Shown piece after piece: positions 39,031 to 48,439 of a stretch of 56,986 bases of DNA. A program made the position numbers and the translations under genes. The notes under the pieces are model-generated. The model made no database searches. It was not told the DNA's origin and was given only the letters and a program-made list of their open reading frames with translations. Each line of letters starts with the position of its first letter. Position 1 is the stretch's first letter. Location of the stretch: positions 1 to 56,986 of IMG/VR virus record IMGVR_UViG_3300031857_020009; one strand, 5' to 3'. The DNA is from a virus (lineage: Duplodnaviria > Caudoviricetes).

Positions 39031-39741
39031 TTAGTTTTGTAGCATTACTAACCAATAAGTTGATTCAAAGTCAGCACCAGTAAATTCAATACGAGCTAAG
39101 CCATCTGGAGATACTTTTAATTCTCCCGAATCTCCGCGGTTTGCTACTAATACTTCTTTTAATTTATCTGCCGAGAAACAAACCGGGTCCATATCGGCGC
39201 CTGGTGTGGTTCCTACTTCAAAAGAAATATTATCTGCATTTACGGTTGAATAATTGATAATGAATTTAACATTACCATTTACAACTTGCACTGCAAAATT
39301 CTTTGCATCTGGTAGTGCATTTTTTGCTTTGATAAATTTACTAATAAATTCTTCATTTACCGGGATTGTAACTTCATAGTCAGGCTCTGCATTGATTGAG
39401 GGTACTGCCGGAATAACTGTCGTGTCAGCTAACATAAAAGTTGCTTGTGTACTACCTTCAGAAATTTTCATTGCATAATTCTTACCAGCTGCCTCTTTTA
39501 CATCAATTGTGATATTTTCATTTACAGCTCCTAGCATCTTAATTAATGCTCCGGTATGATTAATACCTAACATACCTTTCATAAATGGTGCGGTATTCCA
39601 TTTAATTTTTCCTACGATGGTTTGATCCATATCAATTAGTTCACACCCAATTGCACCATCTTGTTCTTTCAACGTAACCGCTTCGCAGTTTCCTGCTAAA
39701 TAATAACGATTGATAAACGATTGTAACTTGCTTTTTTCCAT
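39031..39741 (-). CDS. Sliding clamp (T4 gp45/PCNA-like)
   Basis: 236 aa; FMLADTTVIP and a C-terminal STYWLV pattern; adjacent to the clamp loader. Confidence 0.7.
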   Translation of the reverse strand: MEKSKLQSFINRYYLAGNCEAVTLKEQDGAIGCELIDMDQTIVGKIKWNTAPFMKGMLGINHTGALIKMLGAVNENITIDVKEAAGKNYAMKISEGSTQATFMLADTTVIPAVPSINAEPDYEVTIPVNEEFISKFIKAKNALPDAKNFAVQVVNGNVKFIINYSTVNADNISFEVGTTPGADMDPVCFSADKLKEVLVANRGDSGELKVSPDGLARIEFTGADFESTYWLVMLQN

Positions 39742-39753
39742 TTTTTATTCCAA

Positions 39754-41013
39754 TTAAAAAGTAAAGAATTTATTAAATTGTTCTGCATCCGTTGTGGATA
39801 TACTACTTCCACCGAATTTTTTATATGTTTTGATATATTTTTCGTATACTTGTGGTGCATTGTCTGGGTCTGCAAACATTTCATGCAAAGAAAGAATTAC
39901 ATCATATAAATCTTTCGGAATCATTGTTTCTAATAATTCAACATGGCTATCAACCAATTGATTGATTTCATTTGCAGCCTGTACATATAAATGCGTATTA
40001 TGTACAACCATTCTTGGCATAGCTTCTTGCGAATAACGATCTAAACCTGCATCTGTTTTACCACCTAATAAATCATACGTGAAATCTTCACACGCAGGAC
40101 ATCCTAATGCACAAGGAACATGTTGTGATAAATCAATTGCAACCTCACCCGTTTTACCTTGACGAATATGTGCTTGTCGACGATATTCTGCATTCTTTGG
40201 AAAATATAATTCTGAAAAGGTTTGTGACTTGTAATTTGTAGAATGAAGATATGTTCCAAATACTGGATATTGGCCTGGTGAACTAGAATCTGTTGTGATA
40301 TAGATTCTATTACCATAATGTATATTCATTAATTTTTGCAATGTTGCTAAAATGAAAAAATCAGATATTTTACTAATACCAAGTAAGTGAACATATTCTA
40401 ATCGTTCATTTTCAAATTCGCGCTCTTTAAGCATCAAAGATACCGCAAACATGAAATCAACTAATTTTTGCGGACCCCCAATTGCCCATCCTTGAAAATC
40501 AAAATGCTTAAATTTATGATACCACCAAGTATACTCATCTGTGTTAGATCCTTGCAACATGTTAAGAAACTTAGTCTTGCCGCTTTGATGTTTTTCAAAA
40601 TATGCAAAGTTATCATAACTAATGTCAGCACATTCAACAAATTTATTTTTATATTTTGTCTTAGGTGGAATATCTAAGTTTGCAGCAACATCACTATTTG
40701 CTTCTAACCAATGAAAAATCTTTTCGCGCAATTCATTGCTATATGGTAATGCTCCGGTTGCAATCTGATAACCTCCTGAATCACCAAATACCAAAACATC
40801 TTTTTCTAATCCTAGTTGATCGCGGAAATCCATTTTCTTGTAATGATGTCCCGCTGTAATCAAGAAGTATGGGTGACGCCATTTTTCTGGATATCGGGAA
40901 TCAAAGAACTTGACAGGATCGCCGCTTGTAAACTTCATATCTTTCTTAAATGCAGATACCATAGAACCTGCAGATAAAGATGGAAAGTATATGAATCTTT
41001 TATTATCGCTCAT
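39754..41013 (-). CDS. dpdA: DNA 7-deazaguanine transglycosylase (TGT-like)
   Basis: FGDSGGYQ, LDIPP, MLQG, GWAIGG, VHLLG, TDSSS; Zn site C..GCPAC...HN; folE/queD/queE nearby. Confidence 0.8.
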   Translation of the reverse strand: MSDNKRFIYFPSLSAGSMVSAFKKDMKFTSGDPVKFFDSRYPEKWRHPYFLITAGHHYKKMDFRDQLGLEKDVLVFGDSGGYQIATGALPYSNELREKIFHWLEANSDVAANLDIPPKTKYKNKFVECADISYDNFAYFEKHQSGKTKFLNMLQGSNTDEYTWWYHKFKHFDFQGWAIGGPQKLVDFMFAVSLMLKEREFENERLEYVHLLGISKISDFFILATLQKLMNIHYGNRIYITTDSSSPGQYPVFGTYLHSTNYKSQTFSELYFPKNAEYRRQAHIRQGKTGEVAIDLSQHVPCALGCPACEDFTYDLLGGKTDAGLDRYSQEAMPRMVVHNTHLYVQAANEINQLVDSHVELLETMIPKDLYDVILSLHEMFADPDNAPQVYEKYIKTYKKFGGSSISTTDAEQFNKFFTF

Positions 41014-42028
41014 TGTATTCCTTTAAATTATTAATTAAGTTTGTTGCTGAAAAAAAGTTATTGTGTAATTTATTTACCAATTGTGCAATTGGTTCTGATA
41101 AATCTTGTTGTTCATATTTCAATATTGCAGTAACTGCGTCATCTATACTGTCAGCTTGTTTAAATAACGGATCATACATTTCTGTATATGATAAACGATT
41201 TGGAACAATTGGGCATGCTCCAGCACACGCAGATTCATACATTGAAATACCTAATGTTTCTTGATCTGCAAATGATACTGCAAATTTAGATCTTTGAAGC
41301 AATTCATGATATTCTGTTTTAGTTAAATTCATTTCCATTGCTACGCAAAATTGATAATGTTTTAATTCAGGTCGCGATGCTAATTCTTGAAATAAATCTA
41401 AACGCTTTTCTGGAGCAATACGATGTGGAAAAACGATGATATTTTCTTTTTTAGCCCAAAGCTTCGGAGCAATCATGTCATGAGTGTATTCCATTGGCCA
41501 GCCCGTACGATTAAATGTTGGATTTAAATAAACATCATATGTTTTACGCATTAAATCAAAATGTGCTGCGGTTGCAATCCAATTATGATCATATGCCGCA
41601 ATCATTGATTGCTCAGCGTGCCTAATCCATGGTTTATCTCCTACGAGACGACCTAAAAAATCATTTGGGTCATATGAACCCGCGTGCCAAAGTCCGTGCG
41701 TTACAACGGGAATATTTAAAAGCTCGCTCATATATTTTACATTAATGATACCTGGATGCCACGCATCTGTAAAGATAATATGATCTCCTGCTTTAATATG
41801 TCCTTTAGTAAACAAGTATGCCAAATGATAAACTTGTTTTGCTTTATACATGTTAGTACCGCCAAAATTTAAAAATGCACCGGGTGTCGTTGCTTCTGGA
41901 ATAAACTGGTCTCCTTCTACAACATGAACATCGAATCCATTATCTCGTAATAGTTTTGGTACATGAGTTTTCCATTCGCACGTATATCGTGTCGGTATTG
42001 ATTCTAAATCTACTAAAAATACTGTCAT
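41003..42028 (-). CDS. GT-B glycosyltransferase in the dpdA operon
   Basis: VFPHRIAPEKR, YHELLQRSK...QETLGISMYE...PNRLSYTEMY. Confidence 0.8.
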   Translation of the reverse strand: MTVFLVDLESIPTRYTCEWKTHVPKLLRDNGFDVHVVEGDQFIPEATTPGAFLNFGGTNMYKAKQVYHLAYLFTKGHIKAGDHIIFTDAWHPGIINVKYMSELLNIPVVTHGLWHAGSYDPNDFLGRLVGDKPWIRHAEQSMIAAYDHNWIATAAHFDLMRKTYDVYLNPTFNRTGWPMEYTHDMIAPKLWAKKENIIVFPHRIAPEKRLDLFQELASRPELKHYQFCVAMEMNLTKTEYHELLQRSKFAVSFADQETLGISMYESACAGACPIVPNRLSYTEMYDPLFKQADSIDDAVTAILKYEQQDLSEPIAQLVNKLHNNFFSATNLINNLKEYNER

Positions 42029-42029
42029 A

Positions 42030-42380
42030 TTATCTTTCAATGATTGCACCATTTTCCCAATCTTCCCAAACTTCTACTTTATAAAGAGATGGAAATTGTT
42101 CTAATAACCATTCTCCAATCATTTCGCACGACATTGAATCAAATTCCAATACATTAGTTATCGGAGATGTAAATCCAATACGTAATGCTTTTTGTATCTT
42201 GCGATTCAATAAAATAAACTCTTCATCGCGATCTGTATGTGTTACAGATGCATAACAACGAAAGCCGAACATATGTCGGTGACGATATGATAAAAATGCT
42301 ACTTCTGGAAAAACATCTTTAGCATCGGGCCAACAATGAAACCCTTCAATACTAAATGTTACTACTACGCTGTACTTCAT
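42030..42380 (-). CDS. Second QueD-like T-fold protein, DpdL-like (putative CDG decarboxylase)
   Basis: EGFHCW, LSYRHRHMF (LxxxHRHxF), SCEMI, EVWEDWENGA. Confidence 0.65.
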   Translation of the reverse strand: MKYSVVVTFSIEGFHCWPDAKDVFPEVAFLSYRHRHMFGFRCYASVTHTDRDEEFILLNRKIQKALRIGFTSPITNVLEFDSMSCEMIGEWLLEQFPSLYKVEVWEDWENGAIIER

Positions 42381-42798
42381 CTGCTATCAACTTTTTAAAT
42401 TTAGTGGTTGACCAACCATGGTCTCTGTTCAAATAACGAATTGGAAATGCTAAATCATCTCCCGTAAATGGTTTATCAATATAATCATCTCCTAGATATC
42501 TAACAACCGTTGTATTATTATTTTCATACAAATGAGTTACTTCAAAATTCTTGAGATGAGTGTATAATTCTTTTTCTCGAGTATATGTTAATATGCAATC
42601 AATTTGATGTAATGATCCTAATATGTCCATACGTTCTTCTACACTCAATATCGGTTTGCATTTTTCGGGACGTTCTATTGTTGGATCGGTATGTAAAAAT
42701 ACTACTACTTCATCACATTCATCCATCATCTGGTCGAATATTGCAATGTATCCTGGATGAATGACATCAAAACTACCTGCTATAAGTCCTTGAATCAT
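42352..42798 (-). CDS. TagD-like cytidylyltransferase
   Basis: GSFDVIHPGY, KPILSVEER, LGDDY, R.HGWSTT. Confidence 0.8.
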   Translation of the reverse strand: MIQGLIAGSFDVIHPGYIAIFDQMMDECDEVVVFLHTDPTIERPEKCKPILSVEERMDILGSLHQIDCILTYTREKELYTHLKNFEVTHLYENNNTTVVRYLGDDYIDKPFTGDDLAFPIRYLNRDHGWSTTKFKKLIADEVQRSSNI

Positions 42799-43244
42799 TG
42801 TTCGAATCTATCAAATTTATAATCATCTGGCAATACTTGTTGCATATTATGAACCGTTGTACAATACAATGAATAATCATTATATACAACTTTAATGCTA
42901 TCTGTTTTCTTTAACAATCCAGCATCCTTTTCATTAAGCATCAAAAGAATATGTGCTCGAATTCTAATCATCGGCGGTATCTTTTCTAACATACCAGGTT
43001 CAACTTCAATTGAGACAAATTGTTTATCAGACATCATATTGAATATATTGTCCCAATTAAATCCTTTTAAGTTGCCATCAATTAGTTGACGAGTTGCTGG
43101 AGAACAAATATAAACATGTGCTACAGGTTTCCAATGTTCTTTTCCTAATAACAATGTATTGAAATTAGAAACAAACATTGTTTCTACATCGGTAAATCGA
43201 CCTTCTACTTCTTTGCCGAACCATACGCTTTTATAACCAATCAT
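42795..43244 (-). CDS. Hypothetical protein (first gene of the dpdA operon)
   Basis: VWFGKEVEGR...DDYKFDR; directly under the promoter at 43250. Confidence 0.7.
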   Translation of the reverse strand: MIGYKSVWFGKEVEGRFTDVETMFVSNFNTLLLGKEHWKPVAHVYICSPATRQLIDGNLKGFNWDNIFNMMSDKQFVSIEVEPGMLEKIPPMIRIRAHILLMLNEKDAGLLKKTDSIKVVYNDYSLYCTTVHNMQQVLPDDYKFDRFEQ

Positions 43245-43249
43245 ACTAT

Positions 43250-43278
43250 ATTATAATGAATTTATTTTTATTTTCCAA
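43250..43278 (-). promoter_or_regulatory. TTGGAA-N17-TATAAT promoter
   Basis: 17-nt spacer; upstream hexamer lies in the last codons of the polymerase gene. Confidence 0.75.
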
Positions 43279-45784
43279 ATGAAAAGAATTTAGCTACATT
43301 ATTATTTTCAGGAAATGCTCCCCAATTCATTGCAGCATAAAAGTCATCTAATTTGTTTTTTAATTCTTTATCAAAAATTTTATTTCGATCGATATACTGT
43401 TCAACAAATTCTTCAATAACTTTTGGGTCTTGATAACCTCGAAGTGCAATTGTTTCAAAGCCATATGGATTATCTGATACATATGCCCATTTAACCTTTT
43501 CGCCATCTGTAATTGGATCGATATCTCGAATATTATGCATACTTAGCAAATCATTGAAATTGATTGCAGATTTAACATGAGCCGGAGTACCTGATATATA
43601 ACCTGTGAAAGGTTTACGCTTCTTTGTATATTTTGATATTTCTTTAACGCCGGAATTCTTCATTACATTTAATACTGGAGAATTTTTTAATCCAGATTTA
43701 AAGTTATGAATCATATCAGTGGTTGCAGTCTTATCTTTTTCTTTAAGTAGATGCCATAAAGTTTCCTTCATGATCATTTTAAAATCAGTTGGGAATGAAG
43801 ATCGAACTACATCTAATCCTTTGATGTCTAATTTATCCGTAGGTTTACCTTCTTTAAAAATAACCCACTGTGCATATCGTTTTTTTGCAATCCATAAACC
43901 AGATTTTGCAACATATTCTTGTTTAATTTTAAAACGATGCGTTTCTGTGTTATGAAATACTACCGAATATCGATCATACATTTTGTTTACTAATCCTTGT
44001 ACTTCAGATGCAATTGCATTGGTTTGATCAATCATAAATTGCTCATTAGTTTCATCAAAATTCGGGTATCTTTTTTGAATAAGCGGTAAACTGGATACAA
44101 AGGTTGAATCTGTATCAGTATAAAATGCAAATTCTGCTTTACCTTTAGTTGAATTAATAAAATAGTCTTGACCTATTTCTTTTGTATAATGATTATTGAT
44201 AACTTTTGCTGAAAATTTAATAATACTTTGACCAACTGCCGTAATTGCACCTGCATTATCTAAATCATGGAATCGGAATGTTTTAAGTCCTAATACTCCA
44301 TAAAATGAATTGAGCAATACTTTTTGTGTTAATTGCAATGCATCATAGAATTTATATTCTTCAGAACCTACTTCATATTCATCTCGTTTGTCTTTATATT
44401 CAACACGTTCATCAAACCATTTTTCTAGAATAGTCGGAAGAAATCCTCTGTTCTTTGTTTGATAAACTGCACCATTTGATGCAACGGTATATTCATTATC
44501 AAGCAACCATTGTTTAGCATCTTGTATATGAGTGCCATCATGCAAAGTTACTTGCTGCGGTTCTTTCTTTAAAAGGCATTCTTGATCCCATTTTGATATA
44601 ACTCCTACTTTAGTTTCCGGAGAGATATTCAAACTCATGATGATACTTGGATAAAGTGAAGTTAAGTCCAAGTCATATATCCATTTGTATAATCCAGGTA
44701 CAGGATCTTTTACATATGCACCTGCAAGTGCTTCTGCTTCTGTTTCCTCTTCAATGAATCTAAATTGCTTGTTAGGTGCAACTAATCCATTGCGTTTTAA
44801 ATCTACAATTGCAGCACCATCTAAGTATTTAGATGCATAATAAACATCTTCATATGGAACATGTCCTTTATGACATATGGTACGAGCAAGATTTAATAAT
44901 TGTGTCTTTTCATCCAATTCATAAACCAGATTAACGTCGACCATGTTATATTCAACAAATTTGTGAATATCTGTTGCAAAGAGTTGATTTAAATCGCCAT
45001 CATATTCTACCTTACCTCGACCTAATTCAAATTTAGAAACAGTGTCTAATCGGTAATTTGGTAATTCTGTATATGTAAACTTTTTATAGAGTGTCAAATA
45101 ATCTAAACTAGATACGCCAAAGATTTTATATCGTTCGCGATTCTTATTCCATTCAACGATGCCTGCAGGAGATAATTTTTTAACTGCTTGTGCACCCAAT
45201 ACTCGTTTGATGCGATTTACTAAATATGGAATATCATAGTTGTCTGTATTCCATCCTGTGATAACTGTAGGTTGTACTGCAGCAAAAATATTGATAAATC
45301 GTGTCAACATATCTGCTTCAGTGCGAAATATTTCTACTTTATAATCTTCAGTTTTGAAAGCCGGCGTGTTAATTCGGTTTTCTTCATCGAGTAACAATAC
45401 TCTGCGATCTCGTCCTGCTTTATCATAATATGCAATAGATGTAATTCGTAAACGAGCTTCTTCTGGAGTAGAATATCCATTTTCATCCCGTTCAGACTCA
45501 ATATCAAAAAAGAAATCTCGTTGACCTTTAGATGGAGTATCAGATTCATAATATAAATCAATCAATGTTCGTAATTCTTCATTGAGATCTGATTCATATG
45601 CATTTCGGTTATCTTTATGATTGCCTGGAACTTTTGTTAATATAGCTCCATCTAATGATTGACACTCACCTTGAGCATTTGGTAAATATGCATATGGTTG
45701 AAATGGAAATTTCTGATGACCTAGTTCGTCATCCCATACGTGCATTATGTTATTTTTCTTATCGTAACCGATTGATTGATACAT
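43268..45784 (-). CDS. DNA polymerase family B (T4 gp43-like)
   Basis: Exonuclease motifs FDIE, GWNTDNYDIPY, YNMVDV; polymerase motifs DLTSLYPSII, KVLLNSFYG, YTDTDS, KKRYA. Confidence 0.97.
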   Translation of the reverse strand: MYQSIGYDKKNNIMHVWDDELGHQKFPFQPYAYLPNAQGECQSLDGAILTKVPGNHKDNRNAYESDLNEELRTLIDLYYESDTPSKGQRDFFFDIESERDENGYSTPEEARLRITSIAYYDKAGRDRRVLLLDEENRINTPAFKTEDYKVEIFRTEADMLTRFINIFAAVQPTVITGWNTDNYDIPYLVNRIKRVLGAQAVKKLSPAGIVEWNKNRERYKIFGVSSLDYLTLYKKFTYTELPNYRLDTVSKFELGRGKVEYDGDLNQLFATDIHKFVEYNMVDVNLVYELDEKTQLLNLARTICHKGHVPYEDVYYASKYLDGAAIVDLKRNGLVAPNKQFRFIEEETEAEALAGAYVKDPVPGLYKWIYDLDLTSLYPSIIMSLNISPETKVGVISKWDQECLLKKEPQQVTLHDGTHIQDAKQWLLDNEYTVASNGAVYQTKNRGFLPTILEKWFDERVEYKDKRDEYEVGSEEYKFYDALQLTQKVLLNSFYGVLGLKTFRFHDLDNAGAITAVGQSIIKFSAKVINNHYTKEIGQDYFINSTKGKAEFAFYTDTDSTFVSSLPLIQKRYPNFDETNEQFMIDQTNAIASEVQGLVNKMYDRYSVVFHNTETHRFKIKQEYVAKSGLWIAKKRYAQWVIFKEGKPTDKLDIKGLDVVRSSFPTDFKMIMKETLWHLLKEKDKTATTDMIHNFKSGLKNSPVLNVMKNSGVKEISKYTKKRKPFTGYISGTPAHVKSAINFNDLLSMHNIRDIDPITDGEKVKWAYVSDNPYGFETIALRGYQDPKVIEEFVEQYIDRNKIFDKELKNKLDDFYAAMNWGAFPENNNVAKFFSFGK

Positions 45785-45787
45785 ATA

Positions 45788-46291
45788 TTATTTTTCGTAA
45801 ATGTCTAATAATTCTCGTTTGATTCCATTGTCATCTAATCCATATCCAACTACCCATTGGTCTTCAATTTCAAATGCATAGAAATCTGTAATCATTGGAC
45901 TAGATTTTCTTTTAAGCAAAGTAACAACTTTAACATCGACAGCACGGCGAGAATTGACCATATGCAATGCTTCCATCATTGTAGCACCTGTATCTAAAAT
46001 ATCATCTACAATATAAACTCGTTTGCCTTGTAAATCCAATTCAATGTCTTTAGTGATAGTAATACCGCCACTATTATCTTGTCCTTCATATGACTTTAAA
46101 CGAATACAATCAATTTCGCAATGAATTGACATCATTCTAGTTAAGTCGGAAAAGAAATGTAATGCCCCATTTAATACACAAATCATCACAGGGGGCAGTG
46201 AATTGGATGATTTCATATGATCGATAGAAATTTGCTGTGCTAATTCTTGTACGCGATCTGCTATTTGTTCTTTTGTGATGATTTTTTCCAT
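45788..46291 (-). CDS. hpt: Hypoxanthine-guanine phosphoribosyltransferase
   Basis: VLNGALHFFSDL, VYIVDDILDTGAT, WVVGYGLD. Confidence 0.9.
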   Translation of the reverse strand: MEKIITKEQIADRVQELAQQISIDHMKSSNSLPPVMICVLNGALHFFSDLTRMMSIHCEIDCIRLKSYEGQDNSGGITITKDIELDLQGKRVYIVDDILDTGATMMEALHMVNSRRAVDVKVVTLLKRKSSPMITDFYAFEIEDQWVVGYGLDDNGIKRELLDIYEK

Positions 46292-46497
46292 GTTTCGTAT
46301 ATACCGAATAAATTAATTGAAATAATAATAGCACTCAATGCTAAATGACTGTAATTGTCAATAAAACAATCATATACAATCCAACCGATGTCGCCTAATA
46401 TCCAAGCGAACATTGCTGGTCTGCGAATACATTTAGCATTGAGTACATATCCTAATAATACCAATGCAGTGCTAATCCAACCTAATGCGTCGATCAT
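46261..46497 (-). CDS. Small 3-TM membrane protein (PnuC/SemiSWEET-like size)
   Basis: LGWISTALVLLGY...WILGDIGW...INLFGIYETW. Confidence 0.6.
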   Translation of the reverse strand: MIDALGWISTALVLLGYVLNAKCIRRPAMFAWILGDIGWIVYDCFIDNYSHLALSAIIISINLFGIYETWKKSSQKNK

Positions 46498-46793
46498 TAT
46501 TTTGAATTTACTAATCCAATTTCGGATTCGCGAATCAACATGTAATCTGTATCTTCTAAAATGATACTTTTATTTTCACCTAAGTTAGATTTATACACAT
46601 AAACCTCATCATCAACTTTTACAGTCATCGGAATACGATCACCGGTTTGTGTAAATAAACCAGCACCTGTTGCTACAACTACTCCTTTTGTGAAATTCAT
46701 ATCTCGATCTACTAAGATAATTCCGCCTTTTGTCTTTTCTGCTACTTTTTCTACTTTGATCAAAACTTGATCACCAATTGGGTTCCAATTCAT
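46497..46793 (-). CDS. groES: Co-chaperonin GroES
   Basis: PIGDQVLI, KTKGGIIL, GVVVATGAG, LIRESEI. Confidence 0.92.
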   Translation of the reverse strand: MNWNPIGDQVLIKVEKVAEKTKGGIILVDRDMNFTKGVVVATGAGLFTQTGDRIPMTVKVDDEVYVYKSNLGENKSIILEDTDYMLIRESEIGLVNSK

Positions 46794-46803
46794 AACTTAT
46801 TCC

Positions 46804-47052
46804 TTATTGATTAAATGATTCTGTAATACGTTGTTCGGTGATATTATTACCTACTAATCTAGTAATTTCGTGGCCATCTTGTGTTATAATAATTGTAGGC
46901 ACATTTCTAATTGAATATTTATTACAAGCTTCTGTGTTAGTATCTACATCTAATATAGTTATTGGAAATCTACTTTGCATTGCTTGAATTTTCGGCTTTA
47001 AAAGTTTGCATGGGCCGCACCATGGTGCTGTAAAATATAAAATCTGTTTCAT
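46804..47052 (-). CDS. Thioredoxin
   Basis: FTAPWCGPCK, IRNVPT. Confidence 0.92.
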   Translation of the reverse strand: MKQILYFTAPWCGPCKLLKPKIQAMQSRFPITILDVDTNTEACNKYSIRNVPTIIITQDGHEITRLVGNNITEQRITESFNQ

Positions 47053-47114
47053 TTTATTATATTATATGTTATTTTAACATCATTTCCAAATGTCGTTGTT
47101 ACTATCCAATTCAT
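47049..47114 (-). CDS. 21-aa mini-ORF coupled at both ends (not in ORF track)
   Basis: MNWIVTTTFGNDVKITYNIIK; ATGA overlaps with both neighbours. Confidence 0.5.
   Translation of the reverse strand: MNWIVTTTFGNDVKITYNIIK
47061..47089 (-). promoter_or_regulatory. TTGGAA-N17-TATAAT promoter
   Basis: 17-nt spacer; upstream of thioredoxin-groES-hpt-polymerase. Confidence 0.75.
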
Positions 47115-47308
47115 TTTCGGTCTCTTTGTGAAATCCAAAACTTTAATTCTGATGTCGTTGGTACTTTTGTTAAATCGAAATGTCGAACATATTCATCTGC
47201 TAAAAAAGCTGGCAGTTGAACTGCTTCATACGTTAAATGATTCCATGTTACCATATTTAAATGGTTCTTTTTACGTTTTGGACGTTTAAGTGGTGTTTGT
47301 CGTTTCAT
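47111..47308 (-). CDS. Hypothetical protein
   Basis: 65 aa with a basic N-terminus; TAATG-coupled to queE. Confidence 0.6.
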   Translation of the reverse strand: MKRQTPLKRPKRKKNHLNMVTWNHLTYEAVQLPAFLADEYVRHFDLTKVPTTSELKFWISQRDRK

Positions 47309-48084
47309 TATACTCCTCGTTTAGTGTCAAATGCAATGATATGGTCTCTTCCGGTCATGTTATAACCCTTTTCAGCACACATATCAAATACAATTGGATA
47401 CATTTTAATTAATTCATCTCTAGTGTCGCCAGCTGGCATAATAAATGTTTTAGATTTTGGAATATTGAGTAACACTCTAAATTCTTCAATCTCTTCTAAA
47501 TTATATGCTGTACCATCCCATACTGGTTTATAATGATAATCTGTATGGTATTTAAGTGTTTGTTTGATTATATCTAACTTGAGACGGAATTTATTGTGTT
47601 GATCAATCATTTTTTGGTCTACAATATTGCCAAGAGGTGTAGTAACACCAAGTACGGGAACACTATTGCCAAACTTAGGACTGAGACTAATAAGACCAAG
47701 TGGATAATCGGTCTCAATAAAATGTGATCCTTCCGTCTCAATAGTGATAAGAATGTCTCTTTCATGGGCAAAATGTGTTAATTCATTTACTAATGCTGGG
47801 TGCATTGTCGGAGAACCGCCAGTTAACATCATTTCTTTGATATGAGGATTCTCATCATAAATTGCAATGATATCATTAAAAGTAAATGTACCTTTTTCTG
47901 GATGGATACTTGTATACCAAGAGTCACACCAACCGCCTTCGCCAAAATAGCATCGATGGGTGCATCCTGTAGTTCTAACTGCAATAGTAGGTCGACCAAA
48001 TCGACTGCCTTCTGATTGCACACATCGGTACAATTCTACTATTGGTAATGTTTTTGTGTAATCTGTGATTCTTCCTGGTTTCAT
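47308..48084 (-). CDS. queE: 7-carboxy-7-deazaguanine synthase (radical SAM)
   Basis: ELY.CVQSEG, GCTHRCYFGEGGWCDS, LTGGSP, IETEG, SLSPK. Start moved to ATG 48084. Confidence 0.9.
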   Translation of the reverse strand: MKPGRITDYTKTLPIVELYRCVQSEGSRFGRPTIAVRTTGCTHRCYFGEGGWCDSWYTSIHPEKGTFTFNDIIAIYDENPHIKEMMLTGGSPTMHPALVNELTHFAHERDILITIETEGSHFIETDYPLGLISLSPKFGNSVPVLGVTTPLGNIVDQKMIDQHNKFRLKLDIIKQTLKYHTDYHYKPVWDGTAYNLEEIEEFRVLLNIPKSKTFIMPAGDTRDELIKMYPIVFDMCAEKGYNMTGRDHIIAFDTKRGV

Positions 48085-48091
48085 AACTGGC

Positions 48092-48439
48092 TTAAAAAGG
48101 TAATTCATCATCATCGGTATCGACATGGACGGGTTGATTATCTAGTTTATAAATTAATTGATTGAATTTATTTTCTAACTCTACAAGCTTTTGATATACT
48201 TTATCAAGCATATATGCTGGAGGAGAAGGTTCATTGCCAAAATGTTTATCCAAAAATGTTCTAGGATAAGTTGCGACGTGTTTGTAATTATCTCGTTGTG
48301 ATGATTCTGGCAGTTCACGCCATACAACTTTAATACCATCTCGTTTTGCAGCTTCAGCCACTTCTCGACCTATGCCATTAAAAGAAGATGCACGGCCGGT
48401 GTATTCATACACTGATAAGTATTCATCAACACTCCTCAT
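48092..48439 (-). CDS. Hypothetical protein
   Basis: 115 aa between queD and queE; ends in the acidic tail DDDELPF. Confidence 0.65.
   Translation of the reverse strand: MRSVDEYLSVYEYTGRASSFNGIGREVAEAAKRDGIKVVWRELPESSQRDNYKHVATYPRTFLDKHFGNEPSPPAYMLDKVYQKLVELENKFNQLIYKLDNQPVHVDTDDDELPF

Noticed and set aside
39754-41013. Host-type tRNA-guanine transglycosylase (tgt) for queuosine
   Set aside because: The sequence is divergent and sits between the polymerase and sliding clamp with a DpdL-like gene, which favours DNA-acting DpdA. A tRNA target is not formally excluded.
11546-48023. Short minus-strand ORFs nested out of frame in larger genes (11546, 16616, 33031, 38386, 39696, 40104, 45334, 46137, 47829)
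   Set aside because: Wholly or largely overlapped by confident CDSs, with no independent support.
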